Source of the DNA: Chlamydiia bacterium
GTDB taxonomy: Bacteria; Chlamydiota; Chlamydiia; Chlamydiales; Rhabdochlamydiaceae
Direction: 5' to 3'
Assembly (NCBI GenBank): GCA_963804085.1
Contig: CAWDOQ010000016.1
Location: 75,288-139,287 of the forward strand
DNA length: 64,000 bases
Below, piece after piece: positions 9,427 to 18,727 of this stretch. The position numbers were made by a program, and so were the translations under genes. The notes under the pieces are model-generated. The model did not search any database, was not told the DNA's origin, and was given only the letters and a program-made list of their open reading frames with translations. The first letter of the stretch is position 1, and every line of letters begins with the position of its first letter.

Positions 9427-10557
9427 CTATGCGCTGATACTATATTTCGCGATTTCGTTCTGAGAGAGGTTCTTTAGCGCTTGCAACGGAACGTTCTGTA
9501 CGGCCTGACGCCAAATTTCCTTGCCAATGGAAAAAAGCACTTTTTGATCGGCTTCTTCTTTCCACGTATGACCATGCGACTTTTTAGCGACATCGGATGA
9601 AGCTGGCTCTACACTCTCTTGCGAAGTAGATTGTGTTGTTGCTGCACCCGTCTTCGTTCTCTCTGAAAAGAAAAAGAATTGATTGATGACAATATTGACC
9701 TGTATGGGAGATTTTCCATCGTTCGGTGTATCAAACTCAAGCCTTTGCTCGAGCATATACAGAAACCGATCTATCCATTTGATCAATTCGACAATGGATA
9801 GAGGATGCTTCCTAGAGTCGGGCGATCTGAATGCGCTGAGGTAATACCCTACAGTAGCTTGGTATTGCCTCTCCTCCAATTGGAGTAGATTTTTTGGCAA
9901 ACTATCGATAGTCGGTCGAGCTGGTAGTGTAAGAGGGGTGAACGTTGGATAGAGAGATAATATTTTCAAAAATCGAAGTAGGCACGGTAGAGAAGTATCC
10001 GCCTTTTCTTTCCATTGGCGCAACTGTTGATCAGGAGGAAGTGAGTTAAGGCTCTTGTCCACATAATCGGGCCAATCAAAAACCTCCACAGAGCAACCAC
10101 GCTTTTTCTCGGTCCGCATCCAACCTTCGAATAGGAGGCAATTTTTTTCTTCTTTGGCAACTTCCGAATACAAGTGTCTGAGTTGAAAAAGAAGGCTGCC
10201 AGCATAGCCATTGGCATTAAGAGACAGGGTATGAAAGTTGAGCAGCGCGTTTACATCAGCCATTGCAAATGAGTCAGGCGCCCATTTGACGTGCGGCAAC
10301 AAAATTTTGATTTTCTCATGGAACCATGCCACGGCTTTTTCGAGATTTTCAAAAGCAATGCGATCTTCTTCTGCTAGCTCGGTTTCTGCGGAAGCTATGA
10401 TACAATCGATATGGGGCTGGCGGCGAACCTTTGCAATGAGAACCCCGAGATGGGTTAGCGCCCCTCCAATCGTTTCCGAGGTTTTGATGAGGTTGAATTC
10501 CGTAGAGATCGCATCTCGTAAACAGCGCCTATCCTTTTGCTTCGCTTCCATTGCCAC
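9427..10557 (-). CDS. Hypothetical protein, co-oriented directly downstream of integrase
   Basis: 376-aa ORF starting 2 bp after the integrase stop; no family recognised. Confidence 0.6.
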   Translation of the reverse strand: MAMEAKQKDRRCLRDAISTEFNLIKTSETIGGALTHLGVLIAKVRRQPHIDCIIASAETELAEEDRIAFENLEKAVAWFHEKIKILLPHVKWAPDSFAMADVNALLNFHTLSLNANGYAGSLLFQLRHLYSEVAKEEKNCLLFEGWMRTEKKRGCSVEVFDWPDYVDKSLNSLPPDQQLRQWKEKADTSLPCLLRFLKILSLYPTFTPLTLPARPTIDSLPKNLLQLEERQYQATVGYYLSAFRSPDSRKHPLSIVELIKWIDRFLYMLEQRLEFDTPNDGKSPIQVNIVINQFFFFSERTKTGAATTQSTSQESVEPASSDVAKKSHGHTWKEEADQKVLFSIGKEIWRQAVQNVPLQALKNLSQNEIAKYSISA

Positions 10558-10559
10558 TC

Positions 10560-11624
10560 CTAATTCAATAAATTTGCCTGTGTGCGTTCCATCACGTTTG
10601 CGATGTGCTTTTGGCTATAGTGGGCATACCGCCTAGTCATTGTCGGCGTTTTATGTCCCAGAATGGCCATTAATTCCCCTTGCGTCGCGCCACTCATTGC
10701 TAAAAAAGACGCAGCAGCATGCCTGAGGTCGTGAAACCGAAAATTTGGAATTTTTGCTCGATGAAGAGCTTTTACAAACGCATTCCGAATGTCTACCAAC
10801 CCTGATCGATTGGTTGGACTGGTCGGTTTGAAAATTAGACCAGATGCTATATCGGTCTTCTGCCAATTGACCAAAATCTTTTCTACCGTATCAGTTAAAG
10901 GGAGAATTCTTCTTTCCCCATTTTTTGTTTTTTCAAGAGTGATAGTCCGATTCTGACGATCGACGTCTTCCCACTTCAATCCAACAATTTCTCCAAATCG
11001 CATGCCTGTCAAAAGCGCCAAAGAAACAATAGGAAAAAGATGGGGATTAGGGGAAAGCTTGCATTCTTGTAAAAGACGATCTTTCTCCTCTAAACTAAGA
11101 AGACGATTCCTTCCATTCCCTTCAGATGGCTTTGAGACTTTTCTCATGGGGGTATCATCAATCCAGCCCCACTCTTTCATCGCAATAGTCAAAGCCCTGG
11201 AAAAAGCAGCTAAATATCGATTCACCGTCGCTGGGTTTCGTAATTTTTGCCTAGTAGTGACCTCCGAGAGCAAAGCATCTCTCGCTTCAGCGATAACGGC
11301 TGGAGTTAAATCCGCTAGGAGCAAATGGCCAAGCCTCTCTTTCCACCAAGCAAGATAAGCCGTTTGTCTCACTACCCTATCAGGAAACTGTGGCAACCAC
11401 TGAGAAATGAATCTATCTATTAAATCTTTAACTGTGTGCTTTTTGGCTTCGGCGATTCGAAAATGCCTACCGTCTCGAATCGACGATTCCGTGTCTTGAA
11501 TCCATTTCTTTGCTAATGTCCTGGTTCGGAAATTCTCCCTTTGAGGAGGGTAACCTTTTAGGCGGACTTCTGCATGGTAAGTGATTGTTCCGTCGTCCTT
11601 CTTGTACTCCCGAATTGTTGCCAT
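10560..11624 (-). CDS. Tyrosine recombinase/phage integrase
   Basis: Complete catalytic set: TGMRFGEI (R), KTKNG (K), FHDLRH (HxxR), LGH, RRYAH (Y); N-terminal arm-binding-like beta domain. Confidence 0.96.
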   Translation of the reverse strand: MATIREYKKDDGTITYHAEVRLKGYPPQRENFRTRTLAKKWIQDTESSIRDGRHFRIAEAKKHTVKDLIDRFISQWLPQFPDRVVRQTAYLAWWKERLGHLLLADLTPAVIAEARDALLSEVTTRQKLRNPATVNRYLAAFSRALTIAMKEWGWIDDTPMRKVSKPSEGNGRNRLLSLEEKDRLLQECKLSPNPHLFPIVSLALLTGMRFGEIVGLKWEDVDRQNRTITLEKTKNGERRILPLTDTVEKILVNWQKTDIASGLIFKPTSPTNRSGLVDIRNAFVKALHRAKIPNFRFHDLRHAAASFLAMSGATQGELMAILGHKTPTMTRRYAHYSQKHIANVMERTQANLLN

Positions 11625-11754
11625 GATCCTCCAGATGCAAATGGATCATTCTAGAAAACACTGGAATAAACAGCAACAAGAGACGAATATTCTCACAGCC
11701 TTCAAGATGCATATACCTGATATTCAATGATAAATAGATATTGCTATGTGCTGA

Positions 11755-11772
11755 TTACGCACTTATTACGCA
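11755..11772 (-). promoter_or_regulatory. Tandem TGCGTAA site upstream of integrase
   Basis: TTACGCA at 11755-11761 and 11766-11772 on the + strand. Confidence 0.5.
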
Positions 11773-11960
11773 TTACAAGAATGTTTTACCATGTCCTATC
11801 GCAAGGATTCCAGAGGGAGATGCTAAATCTCCGAAAAACGAGTTGTTAAAATTCCTATCCTTGTATACCATCGTATTTAGCTGTTTTTGAGACACTTACA
11901 ATATTTTGTGTTAAACTTTTAACGCTACGGATGTTAAAGACCGAAGGGAAGGGATGTTAA

Positions 11961-13118
11961 ATGACAAAGGCCGAATTTAAACACTATGACTTGACTTTGG
12001 TAGAGCCTACTTTTGACTCTCCTCTAACAGACCTTATTATCGATTTGAACCATCTTCGGAAAAAACGTTTAGATGGGACGACTCCTTCCCAGGTTTTTTT
12101 CAATCTCAAGAGCATTTTCCATATGCTGGAGAGTATCGGCTCGGCGCGCATCGAGGGAAATAACACTTCGCTTCTTGAGTATATAGAGACCAAGCTGGAA
12201 GAGAAGGTTGATGTGCCTATGGGAGTCAAAGAGATCCAAAACATCGAAAGTGCCATGGATTTCATTGAAAACAACGTAAAAAAGCATCCGATCAATCGAG
12301 CTTTTGTCAGCGAAATTCATAGGATGGTTGTCGAGGGATTACCCACTTCGCCAAAGGGAGAGGGGGATAAAACTCCAGGTCAATACAGGAAGTCAAATTT
12401 ACAAATCACAAAATCTAAGCATCTACCGCCAGAGTGGGTACTCGTTGATGAATATATGAATGAATTATTCGACTTCATCAATCAGGACAGCGGCGCAAAA
12501 TTCGATCTGTTAAAAACAGCGATTGCTCACCATCGATTCGTATGGATACATCCATTTGGCAATGGCAACGGACGGACAGTACGTTTATTCACTTACGCAA
12601 TGTTGATCAAGCTCGGCTTCAATGTAAACGTAGGGAGAATCATCAATCCTACGGCCGTTTTCTGTAATCACCGAAATAATTACTACAAGTATCTCGAGCA
12701 GGCTGATACTGGAGAAAAATCGGGCATTCTGGCTTGGTGTGAATACGTACTCCGTGGTCTAAAAGAGGAGATCGAAAAAATCGACAAGCTTCTCGACTAT
12801 GACTATCTGGCCAAGGAAATTTTGGTGCCCACAATCAACTATTCTCTCGAAAGAAAGTATATCACAGATGTCGAAGCAAAAATATTGAAAATGGCTGTCG
12901 AGAAAAAAATGATCCAATCGAGTGACTTAAAAGAGATCTTTCAAGGAAAACACGGCGCAGAACTATCCCGACAAATCAAGAGGCTTGTGGATAAGAAAAT
13001 GCTTCAACGCATCGGCTTCAAAGACTACGTCATCAGTTTCGGCGACAACTACCTGCTTCGGGGCATCATGAAGGTGCTGGGAGAAAAGGATTTTCTGCCT
13101 CACCTTGATGGAAAATAG
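11961..13118 (+). CDS. Fic family protein (class II-like, with inhibitory helix)
   Basis: HPFGNGNGRTVR catalytic motif; SARIEGN matches the (S/T)xxxE(G/N) inhibitory motif. Confidence 0.93.
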   Translation: MTKAEFKHYDLTLVEPTFDSPLTDLIIDLNHLRKKRLDGTTPSQVFFNLKSIFHMLESIGSARIEGNNTSLLEYIETKLEEKVDVPMGVKEIQNIESAMDFIENNVKKHPINRAFVSEIHRMVVEGLPTSPKGEGDKTPGQYRKSNLQITKSKHLPPEWVLVDEYMNELFDFINQDSGAKFDLLKTAIAHHRFVWIHPFGNGNGRTVRLFTYAMLIKLGFNVNVGRIINPTAVFCNHRNNYYKYLEQADTGEKSGILAWCEYVLRGLKEEIEKIDKLLDYDYLAKEILVPTINYSLERKYITDVEAKILKMAVEKKMIQSSDLKEIFQGKHGAELSRQIKRLVDKKMLQRIGFKDYVISFGDNYLLRGIMKVLGEKDFLPHLDGK

Positions 13119-13161
13119 AAGATTTTTCGAGAAAATTTTACTCCAGTTTCACCCTATTGAG

Positions 13162-13179
13162 TGCGTAAAAATTGCGTAA
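13162..13179 (+). promoter_or_regulatory. Putative integrase arm-type site near attR
   Basis: AGTGCGTAAAAATTGCGTAA, one mismatch to 3002-3021. Confidence 0.6.
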
Positions 13180-13239
13180 ATGAATGGCATGAAATTTCGA
13201 GTTGAGTTGTCTATGGAAAATAAATAGATACAAAAAAGC

Positions 13240-13261
13240 GTTCGATTCTCTCCACCTCCAA
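13240..13261 (+). repeat. attR core (duplicated tmRNA 3' end)
   Basis: Identical to 2880-2901. Confidence 0.92.
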
Positions 13262-13264
13262 TCG

Positions 13265-13296
13265 AAAAGGCTAGGCCCACAGGCCTAGCCTTTTTT
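13265..13296 (+). terminator. Intrinsic terminator (probably the pre-insertion tmRNA terminator)
   Basis: AAAAGGCTAGGCC-CACA-GGCCTAGCCTTTTTT immediately after attR. Confidence 0.85.
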
Positions 13297-13362
13297 ATTG
13301 GAGGCGAGCAAGCGAACAGTTTGGCTCGCGAGAAAATCGAGTTCAGCTCGATGTTTTGCCTT

Positions 13363-13432
13363 GCAAAACCGAAGCGAAAGATCCGCCAGCCGGAAGACTA
13401 AGGGGCAACCGCCCCGAGCGCGAGGGCTTTCC
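13363..13432 (+). repeat. tmRNA-linked repeat unit, copy 1
   Basis: GCAAAACCG...CCGGAAGACTA(A)GGGGCAACCGCCCC.AGCGCGAGGGCTT, repeated at 17372-17440. Confidence 0.75.
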
Positions 13433-13513
13433 TTAAAGTCAAAAATCAGAATGCAAAATGAGAAGTAAGCCCGGGAAAAGATTGGCCTGTTTAACGATTA
13501 GAATAACAATTTA

Positions 13514-13795
13514 AGGCCCGAAGGGCTGCAATACCATAGCCCAGGTCGAAGCGCAGCGGAGGCCTGGGTTTCGGAAAAGTTTATCGAACCATTTTTAGGC
13601 CCGAAGGGCTGCAATACCACGAGGTCGTAGCGCAGCGGAGGCCGGGATTCGAAAACCTACTTGAGTTGGAGGACGGTATTTTTAATCGATAAGATGAAAA
13701 TGCTGTCTTAACAGGACTCCAGATGGATTATTTGTAAACGAGACTTTCGCTGTGCTTCAACCTGGGCTATGATATTATAGCTCTTTGGGCCGAAA
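13514..13795. repeat. REP-like palindrome cluster (GGCCCGAAGGGCTGCAATAC family)
   Basis: Copies at ~13515 and ~13598, inverted copy at ~13757-13792, another at ~14860-14905. Confidence 0.7.
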
Positions 13796-13982
13796 AACAG
13801 GAATCTTTTCTGCTAAACGGGGAGCTAATTTAAGAAAATTCCTAGTTTTTTCAAGTCAAAGCTTCGAATGGAAAAGGAAAAAGTAAAGCCCAGGCCATTG
13901 GAGATAAAATATTTTAATAGTTATAAAAAAACCGCCTTCAGTAAAAGACAAAGGCAGAAATTTTAATTAATCAGAGAAAATT

Positions 13983-14858
13983 ATGACGTCGATTGTAAAA
14001 AACAGTTCAAAATTAGCATGGAACGGAATGTTTCAAAAAGTTGGGCACGATATCGATCGGATCGTGACCTCTTATTTGGACGAAAAAGGTTTGAATGTAG
14101 CACTTACTGTATGCAAAAGATGGAGAGACAACACCCCTTTGGCTTCGTTGAAAAAGCGCTGCATCGTCGAATGGCGCAAAGACCAAGCCGCCATTGCCGC
14201 TGGTTGCGATGAATTGCTAGTCAAATTCTTACGTAGAAATCACATCTGCTTCTGGGACCTGCCTCTTCATCCACACGATTGCTGGCCTACGTAACGACCA
14301 AATTGATATGCCGATAATCAACAACACGTCTTGTTCAATTGCCAAAGTCTACAGTCGCGCAAGGGATAGTGTGGGGCTCATACTTGCTCTACAAAGCAAA
14401 AAAAGCGGGGTGTTGTAGCGGACCTCTGGAATTTGTCCGCCATCTTGAGAAACTATCGATAGGACATCCACATTATTATCTCCAGGAAAGATCGAACCAG
14501 AACCAATATTGAACTCCCCCCTCTAGTTTATATAATGCCAGTCAGCCATTTGATGAGATTTACCGCGCATCGCACAGCCTCGAATGACGGCCCGATTTAT
14601 TTAAAATGGTACGGTAGCTCTTCTTCGTGCCATTGCTCCTCTTTATCCGACACAAACCAGGAAATTGGCCTTGCTAACAGAGTAATGCACGTTTTGCCCG
14701 AAAATTCACCGCCGATCCCAGACGCTATCCCGCTCTTCCTCCCACGGTCAACCAGCTCTACCACTTTTACCAAGAAAAACATCGTTGCCATCTTGCTTGT
14801 CTTATGCCTTGCGAGCTTCATCCGGTTCCATTGGAATCTTTCCAGAGAAGATTTGTAA
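13983..14858 (+). pseudogene. Frameshifted paralog of the F-box-like protein at 16458
   Basis: ORFs 13983-14294 and 14535-14858 match the N- and C-termini of 16458-17342; several indels between them; ~55 bp upstream also duplicated. Confidence 0.8.
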
Positions 14859-14932
14859 AGGCCCGAAGGGCTGCAATAACATAGACCAGGTCGAAGCCTG
14901 GGTATTCTCGAAAACCCATCTTGAGTCCGGCA

Positions 14933-15116
14933 AGAGCCACTTGCAAGAATATCTTGCCCCAGAAAAATCGAAGATTTTGAGTCGGTTTGCCGGGGCTGCA
15001 AAGCAGCCAGAATCCCGCTATTGGGACATACTCGATGAAGAGTAGGACCCCATGGCGGCACGGGAAATGGCTCAAAAGGGCGATTTCGCTGCGGCGGGAA
15101 TTTTGGAAGTGGCTCT
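14933..15116. mobile_element. MITE-like element with long imperfect terminal inverted repeats
   Basis: Left AGAGCCACTTGCAAGAAT..AAATCG..TTTTGAG versus reverse complement of right end AGAGCCACTTCCAAAATT..AAATCG..TTTTGAG. Confidence 0.55.
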
Positions 15117-15318
15117 GTAAGGACGGCATTTCTAATCTCATAGATACTTTTCATCATAATCGACTTGCGCTCGAGCAACATGTTCAAAAAGGCCCGTTCC
15201 ATTTTCCGTTCATTTTTCGCTCTCAAAGTCATTCTTCCATACTTTTCACGCCTAAAAATGTCTTGCAACTCACACAATTTTTGAATATTCTGTGGGGCAA
15301 CTAAAATAGGGAGTTGAA

Positions 15319-16391
15319 ATGGATAAAGTTTTTCGTTTTTTTGCGGGCGCGTTAACTATCATTGCATGCGCAGGATTTGCGGAATCTGCTCAGAATCCAA
15401 AGATAGATTGTTGTAAAGCTAGCTGTCCTTCTATTAGGCCTGATCTTAAATGCGATGTGGGGATTTCATTCTCCTCCGATTTTCTCTATTGGCAAACGAG
15501 CCAAACTGGGAACTGGTATGGCCAGGTTGCTAATTTCCATACGTCGATTCCGAACCCAGCCGGCGGCGACAACAATTTTTTTGGTGATTACAAGAACCCC
15601 AAATATAAATTCGATCCAGGAGTACGCGTTTCTTTGGGATTTAGACCGCACTATGATCACTGGCAAATCGACTTTGTCTGGACTCACATGAATTCGAAAG
15701 CTTTGGGATTTTCTGATCTCCCTGGGCATTTGAAACCTCGGTCATAATCCCGAATCCTCTTTTTTTCGTTCCTCAAATTCTTAACAATAACAGCGTGAAC
15801 GCAAACGCTATCTGGAGATCTAACTACAATACGATCGATTTGGATATCAACAGAGAGATTCCCTTGGGTAAATATTTTGGACTCAAAGGCCACTTTGGTC
15901 TTAAAAATCTATGGCTCAATGAAAAATATCATATTTTTGCCCTCGCCGCTTACACAGCTGAACTTCCCGAACCACTCTTTGTCGTCAATTCCGAATCCAA
16001 TATGGTGCAAAAGATCTGGGGAATAGGTCCTATGGTTGGTTTGGACTCGTATTGGAAGGTCTATAAAGGGTTCAATCTGTTCGGAAAAGCTGCGGTTTCT
16101 CTGGTATGGAGCCATGTCAAATCTACTGTTTTGGGACAATTTTTTAATGGAACCGAGCCCGTTGTCGTTACAGCTATGACCTCAAATTTCCACACTGTTT
16201 TACCTGAGATCGATCTAATTGTAGGCGGAGAATACGATATCAACTTTTGCGACAACAGATATCACCTAACTCTCCGGGCCGGATGGGAATTGATCACTCT
16301 ATTCAATGCAAACTTTCTGGGAGCTTCCTACAGTTCACTTGGCGATTTCAACATGAGCGGATTGACTACTGGCTTCATCTTTAATTTCTAG
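15319..16391 (+). CDS. Lpg1974/MOMP-like outer-membrane porin, split by a frameshift near 15720-15790
   Basis: Signal peptide, DFLYWQ, P.Y.FDPGVRVSLG, WGIGPMVG, LRAGWE, C-terminal GFIFNF; two consecutive ORFs (15319-15747, 15795-16391). Confidence 0.8.
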
Positions 16392-16457
16392 AGAGTGTAG
16401 TAGACCCGCTTTTCAGCAAAATACAAAGTGCGAATTTTTAATTAACCTGAGAAAATT

Positions 16458-17342
16458 ATGGCGTCGATTGTAAAAAACAGTTCAAAATCAGCTTGGGATG
16501 GAATGTTTCAAAAAGTCGGGCACGATATTGATCGGATCGTGACCTCTTATTTCGACGTAAAAGATTTGAATGTACTTGCTGTATGCAAAAGATGGAAAGA
16601 TAACGCCTCTTTGGCTTCATTGAAAGGGCGCTGTATTCTCGAATGGCGCAAAGACCAAGCCGCCATTGCTGCTGGTTGCAATGAATGGCTAGTCCAATTC
16701 TTACGTGGAAATAACATCTGCTTCTGGGATCTACCTCTTCATGCACACGATGGCTCTCCCCTACCCAAGACGAAAATTGATATGCCGATAATCAACGGCA
16801 CATCTTGTTCAATTGCCCAATTCAGAAATGGAAGGGATCTTGTGGGGCTCGTGTTTGCTCTACAAAGCAAAAAAAAGGGGTTTATTTTAGCGGACCCTCT
16901 GGGATTTGTCAGCCGCCGTCGTTACGAAAAATTTAAATTGCAATTCACATTACTCTCTCCAGAAAATATTGAACCAGGAACCAACATTGAGAATCCCCTT
17001 CAAGTTTATATAATGCCAGTCATGGGGGGGACGAGAATGATGATGAAATTTACCGCGTACCACACAGCACCGTGTTGTTTAGATGTTAGTTCTTTAGATG
17101 CTTGGGAAGCTCTTGACGCCATTGCTCCTCTTTTATCCAACACACACCAGGAAATTGGCCTTGCTAACAGAGTAATGCACGTTTTGCCCGAAAATTCACC
17201 GCCGATCCCAGACGCTATCCCCCTCGTTCTTCCACGGCCAACCAGCTCTACCACTTTCACCAAGAACAACATTGTTGCCATCCTGCTTGGCTTATGCCTT
17301 GCGAGCTTCATCCGGTACCTTTGGAATCTTTCCAGAGAGTAA
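16458..17342 (+). CDS. F-box-like protein with C-terminal transmembrane anchor (candidate effector)
   Basis: HDIDRIVTSYFDVKDLNVLAVCKRWK resembles the F-box consensus; C-terminal IVAILLGLCLASFI. Confidence 0.65.
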   Translation: MASIVKNSSKSAWDGMFQKVGHDIDRIVTSYFDVKDLNVLAVCKRWKDNASLASLKGRCILEWRKDQAAIAAGCNEWLVQFLRGNNICFWDLPLHAHDGSPLPKTKIDMPIINGTSCSIAQFRNGRDLVGLVFALQSKKKGFILADPLGFVSRRRYEKFKLQFTLLSPENIEPGTNIENPLQVYIMPVMGGTRMMMKFTAYHTAPCCLDVSSLDAWEALDAIAPLLSNTHQEIGLANRVMHVLPENSPPIPDAIPLVLPRPTSSTTFTKNNIVAILLGLCLASFIRYLWNLSRE

Positions 17343-17371
17343 TCTCCTATCAAAAGTTCTGAATGCATCTC

Positions 17372-17440
17372 GCAAAACCGAGCGAGGCCGCCGGTCCGGA
17401 AGACTAGGGGCAACCGCCCCTAGCGCGAGGGCTTCTCTCC
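17372..17440 (+). repeat. tmRNA-linked repeat unit, copy 2
   Basis: Similar to 13363-13432; ends in TTCTCTCC, part of the tmRNA 3' motif. Confidence 0.75.
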
Positions 17441-17506
17441 AAGCCTCGCAAAAAATAATGACAAAAGGCACACATTAGGCTACACTAGGTTAAAAGGTGG
17501 AGGTTG

Positions 17507-17783
17507 ATGCCAATTTACATTTTTTCTCCTGAAAAAACCTAGCACTGATAGAAGAGAGAAATATTAGTTTTGATGAAGTGATTGCCGCCATTGAAAATGA
17601 TCAAATATTGGATATTGTGGAGCACCCGAATAAGCAAAAGTATGGAAATCAAAAAATGTACGTGATTTGGGTAAAAGAATATGTATACCTGGTTCCATTT
17701 GTGATTGATATGAATGGAGATATCTTCCTTAAAACCATTATCCCAAGCAAAAAGCAAAACGAAAATATATTCAGGAGCACTGA
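17507..17783 (+). CDS. BrnT-like type II toxin (two apparent 1-bp deletions in A-runs)
   Basis: Reconstructed MPIYIFSPEKNLALIEERNISFDEVIAAI...EHPNKQKY.NQ...YVYLVPFV...FLKTIIPS; TGATG coupling to the next gene. Confidence 0.75.
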
Positions 17784-18073
17784 TGAAAAAAAGCAGAAAA
17801 TCGATGCGAAAAAAACTCGATCCTGATGAGAATGATCTCCTATCCTCTTTTGAAAAAGGTGAATGGAAAACAGTAACCAATGTTAAAAAAGAAAAATCGC
17901 GTGCACGAAAAGCTGCAGCAAAAACACTCCGAAAGGACATACGAATTAATATTCGACTATCCAGCAGCGATGTCATGAATATTAAACAAATAGCAGCTTA
18001 TGAAGGGTTACCCTATCAAACGCTTATCGCCAGCGTTTTACATAAATATGCTGCAGGGCATTTGGCCCTCTAA
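17783..18073 (+). CDS. BrnA/CopG-like antitoxin
   Basis: KDIRINIRLSSSD...IKQIAAYEGLPYQTLIASVLHKY ribbon-helix-helix pattern. Confidence 0.85.
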   Translation: MKKSRKSMRKKLDPDENDLLSSFEKGEWKTVTNVKKEKSRARKAAAKTLRKDIRINIRLSSSDVMNIKQIAAYEGLPYQTLIASVLHKYAAGHLAL

Positions 18074-18185
18074 TCTTTCTTGTTTGATAGAAGATACAGT
18101 GGCTGGCTGGATGCAACTGCAGTAAAAACTATTTAATTTTCACTTCTTTCCTGTTAAACTTCCCGACTTACACCAAGAGAACAAA

Positions 18186-18704
18186 ATGCCATCTAATACA
18201 ATCGAAAAAGTTCAAGCTACAGCCCTCAAAGAATACAAAGCTTTTTTCAAAGAGATTAAAGAAAAAATCCTAACTTCCCAGGTAAAAGCTGCCTTAGCTG
18301 TAAATCACGAACTCATCAATCTTTACTGGGAAATAGGTTCTAAGATTCATCTCAAACAAAAAGATGAAGGCTGGGGTGCCAAGACCGTCGAAAATTTAGC
18401 CAAGGACCTCAAATCTACCTTTCCAGAGATGAAGGGATTCTCTCTAACAAACATCAAATACATGGTTCAATTCGCAAAGGAATATCCAGAATTTGCAATT
18501 AGCCAACAGGTTGTTGGCCAAATTCCATGGGGTCACAACATCCTTCTCCTTCAAAAACTTGAAACTCTCCAGGATAGGCTCTGGTATGCCCATAAAACAA
18601 TTGAACATGGATGGAGTCGAAACGTCTTAATGCATTGGCTAGATAGCGTCTCTCCACCTCCAAGTGAAGAAAGTCAAAAGTCAGAATGCAAAATGCAGAA
18701 CTAA
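18186..18704 (+). pseudogene. DUF1016/YhcG N-terminal domain, truncated at an att-like site
   Basis: VNHELINLYWEIG, GWGAKTVENLAKDL, GFSLTNIKYM, IPWGHNILLL, WSRNVL; similarity ends at 18647, where a tmRNA 3' copy begins; PD-(D/E)XK half absent. Confidence 0.85.
18649..18663 (+). repeat. Third copy of tmRNA 3' end (15 bp)
   Basis: TCTCTCCACCTCCAA identical to 2887-2901. Confidence 0.75.
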
Positions 18705-18727
18705 AGGCCGGAAAATTCCGAGCCTTT

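Larger units (their letters stand above)
2880..13261. mobile_element. Integrative element (phage-satellite-like genomic island) inserted in tmRNA 3' end
   Basis: Exact 22-bp direct repeat GTTCGATTCTCTCCACCTCCAA at 2880-2901 and 13240-13261; encloses tyrosine integrase, helicase, HGGxSTG gene, Fic and cargo. Confidence 0.93.

Noticed and set aside
13240..13261. Possible tRNA gene at the GTTCGATTC motif
   Set aside because: Only the T-loop/acceptor 3' half is present; it is the att duplicate of tmRNA.
2880..13261. Complete prophage or ICE
   Set aside because: No capsid, portal, large terminase, tail, lysis, relaxase or T4SS genes recognised.
14597..15277. 226-aa minus-strand ORF
   Set aside because: Runs antisense through the F-box pseudogene, a REP and the MITE; probably spurious.
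13363..17440. Repeats considered as a CRISPR array
   Set aside because: No regular repeat-spacer periodicity, copies are kilobases apart, and no cas genes are present.
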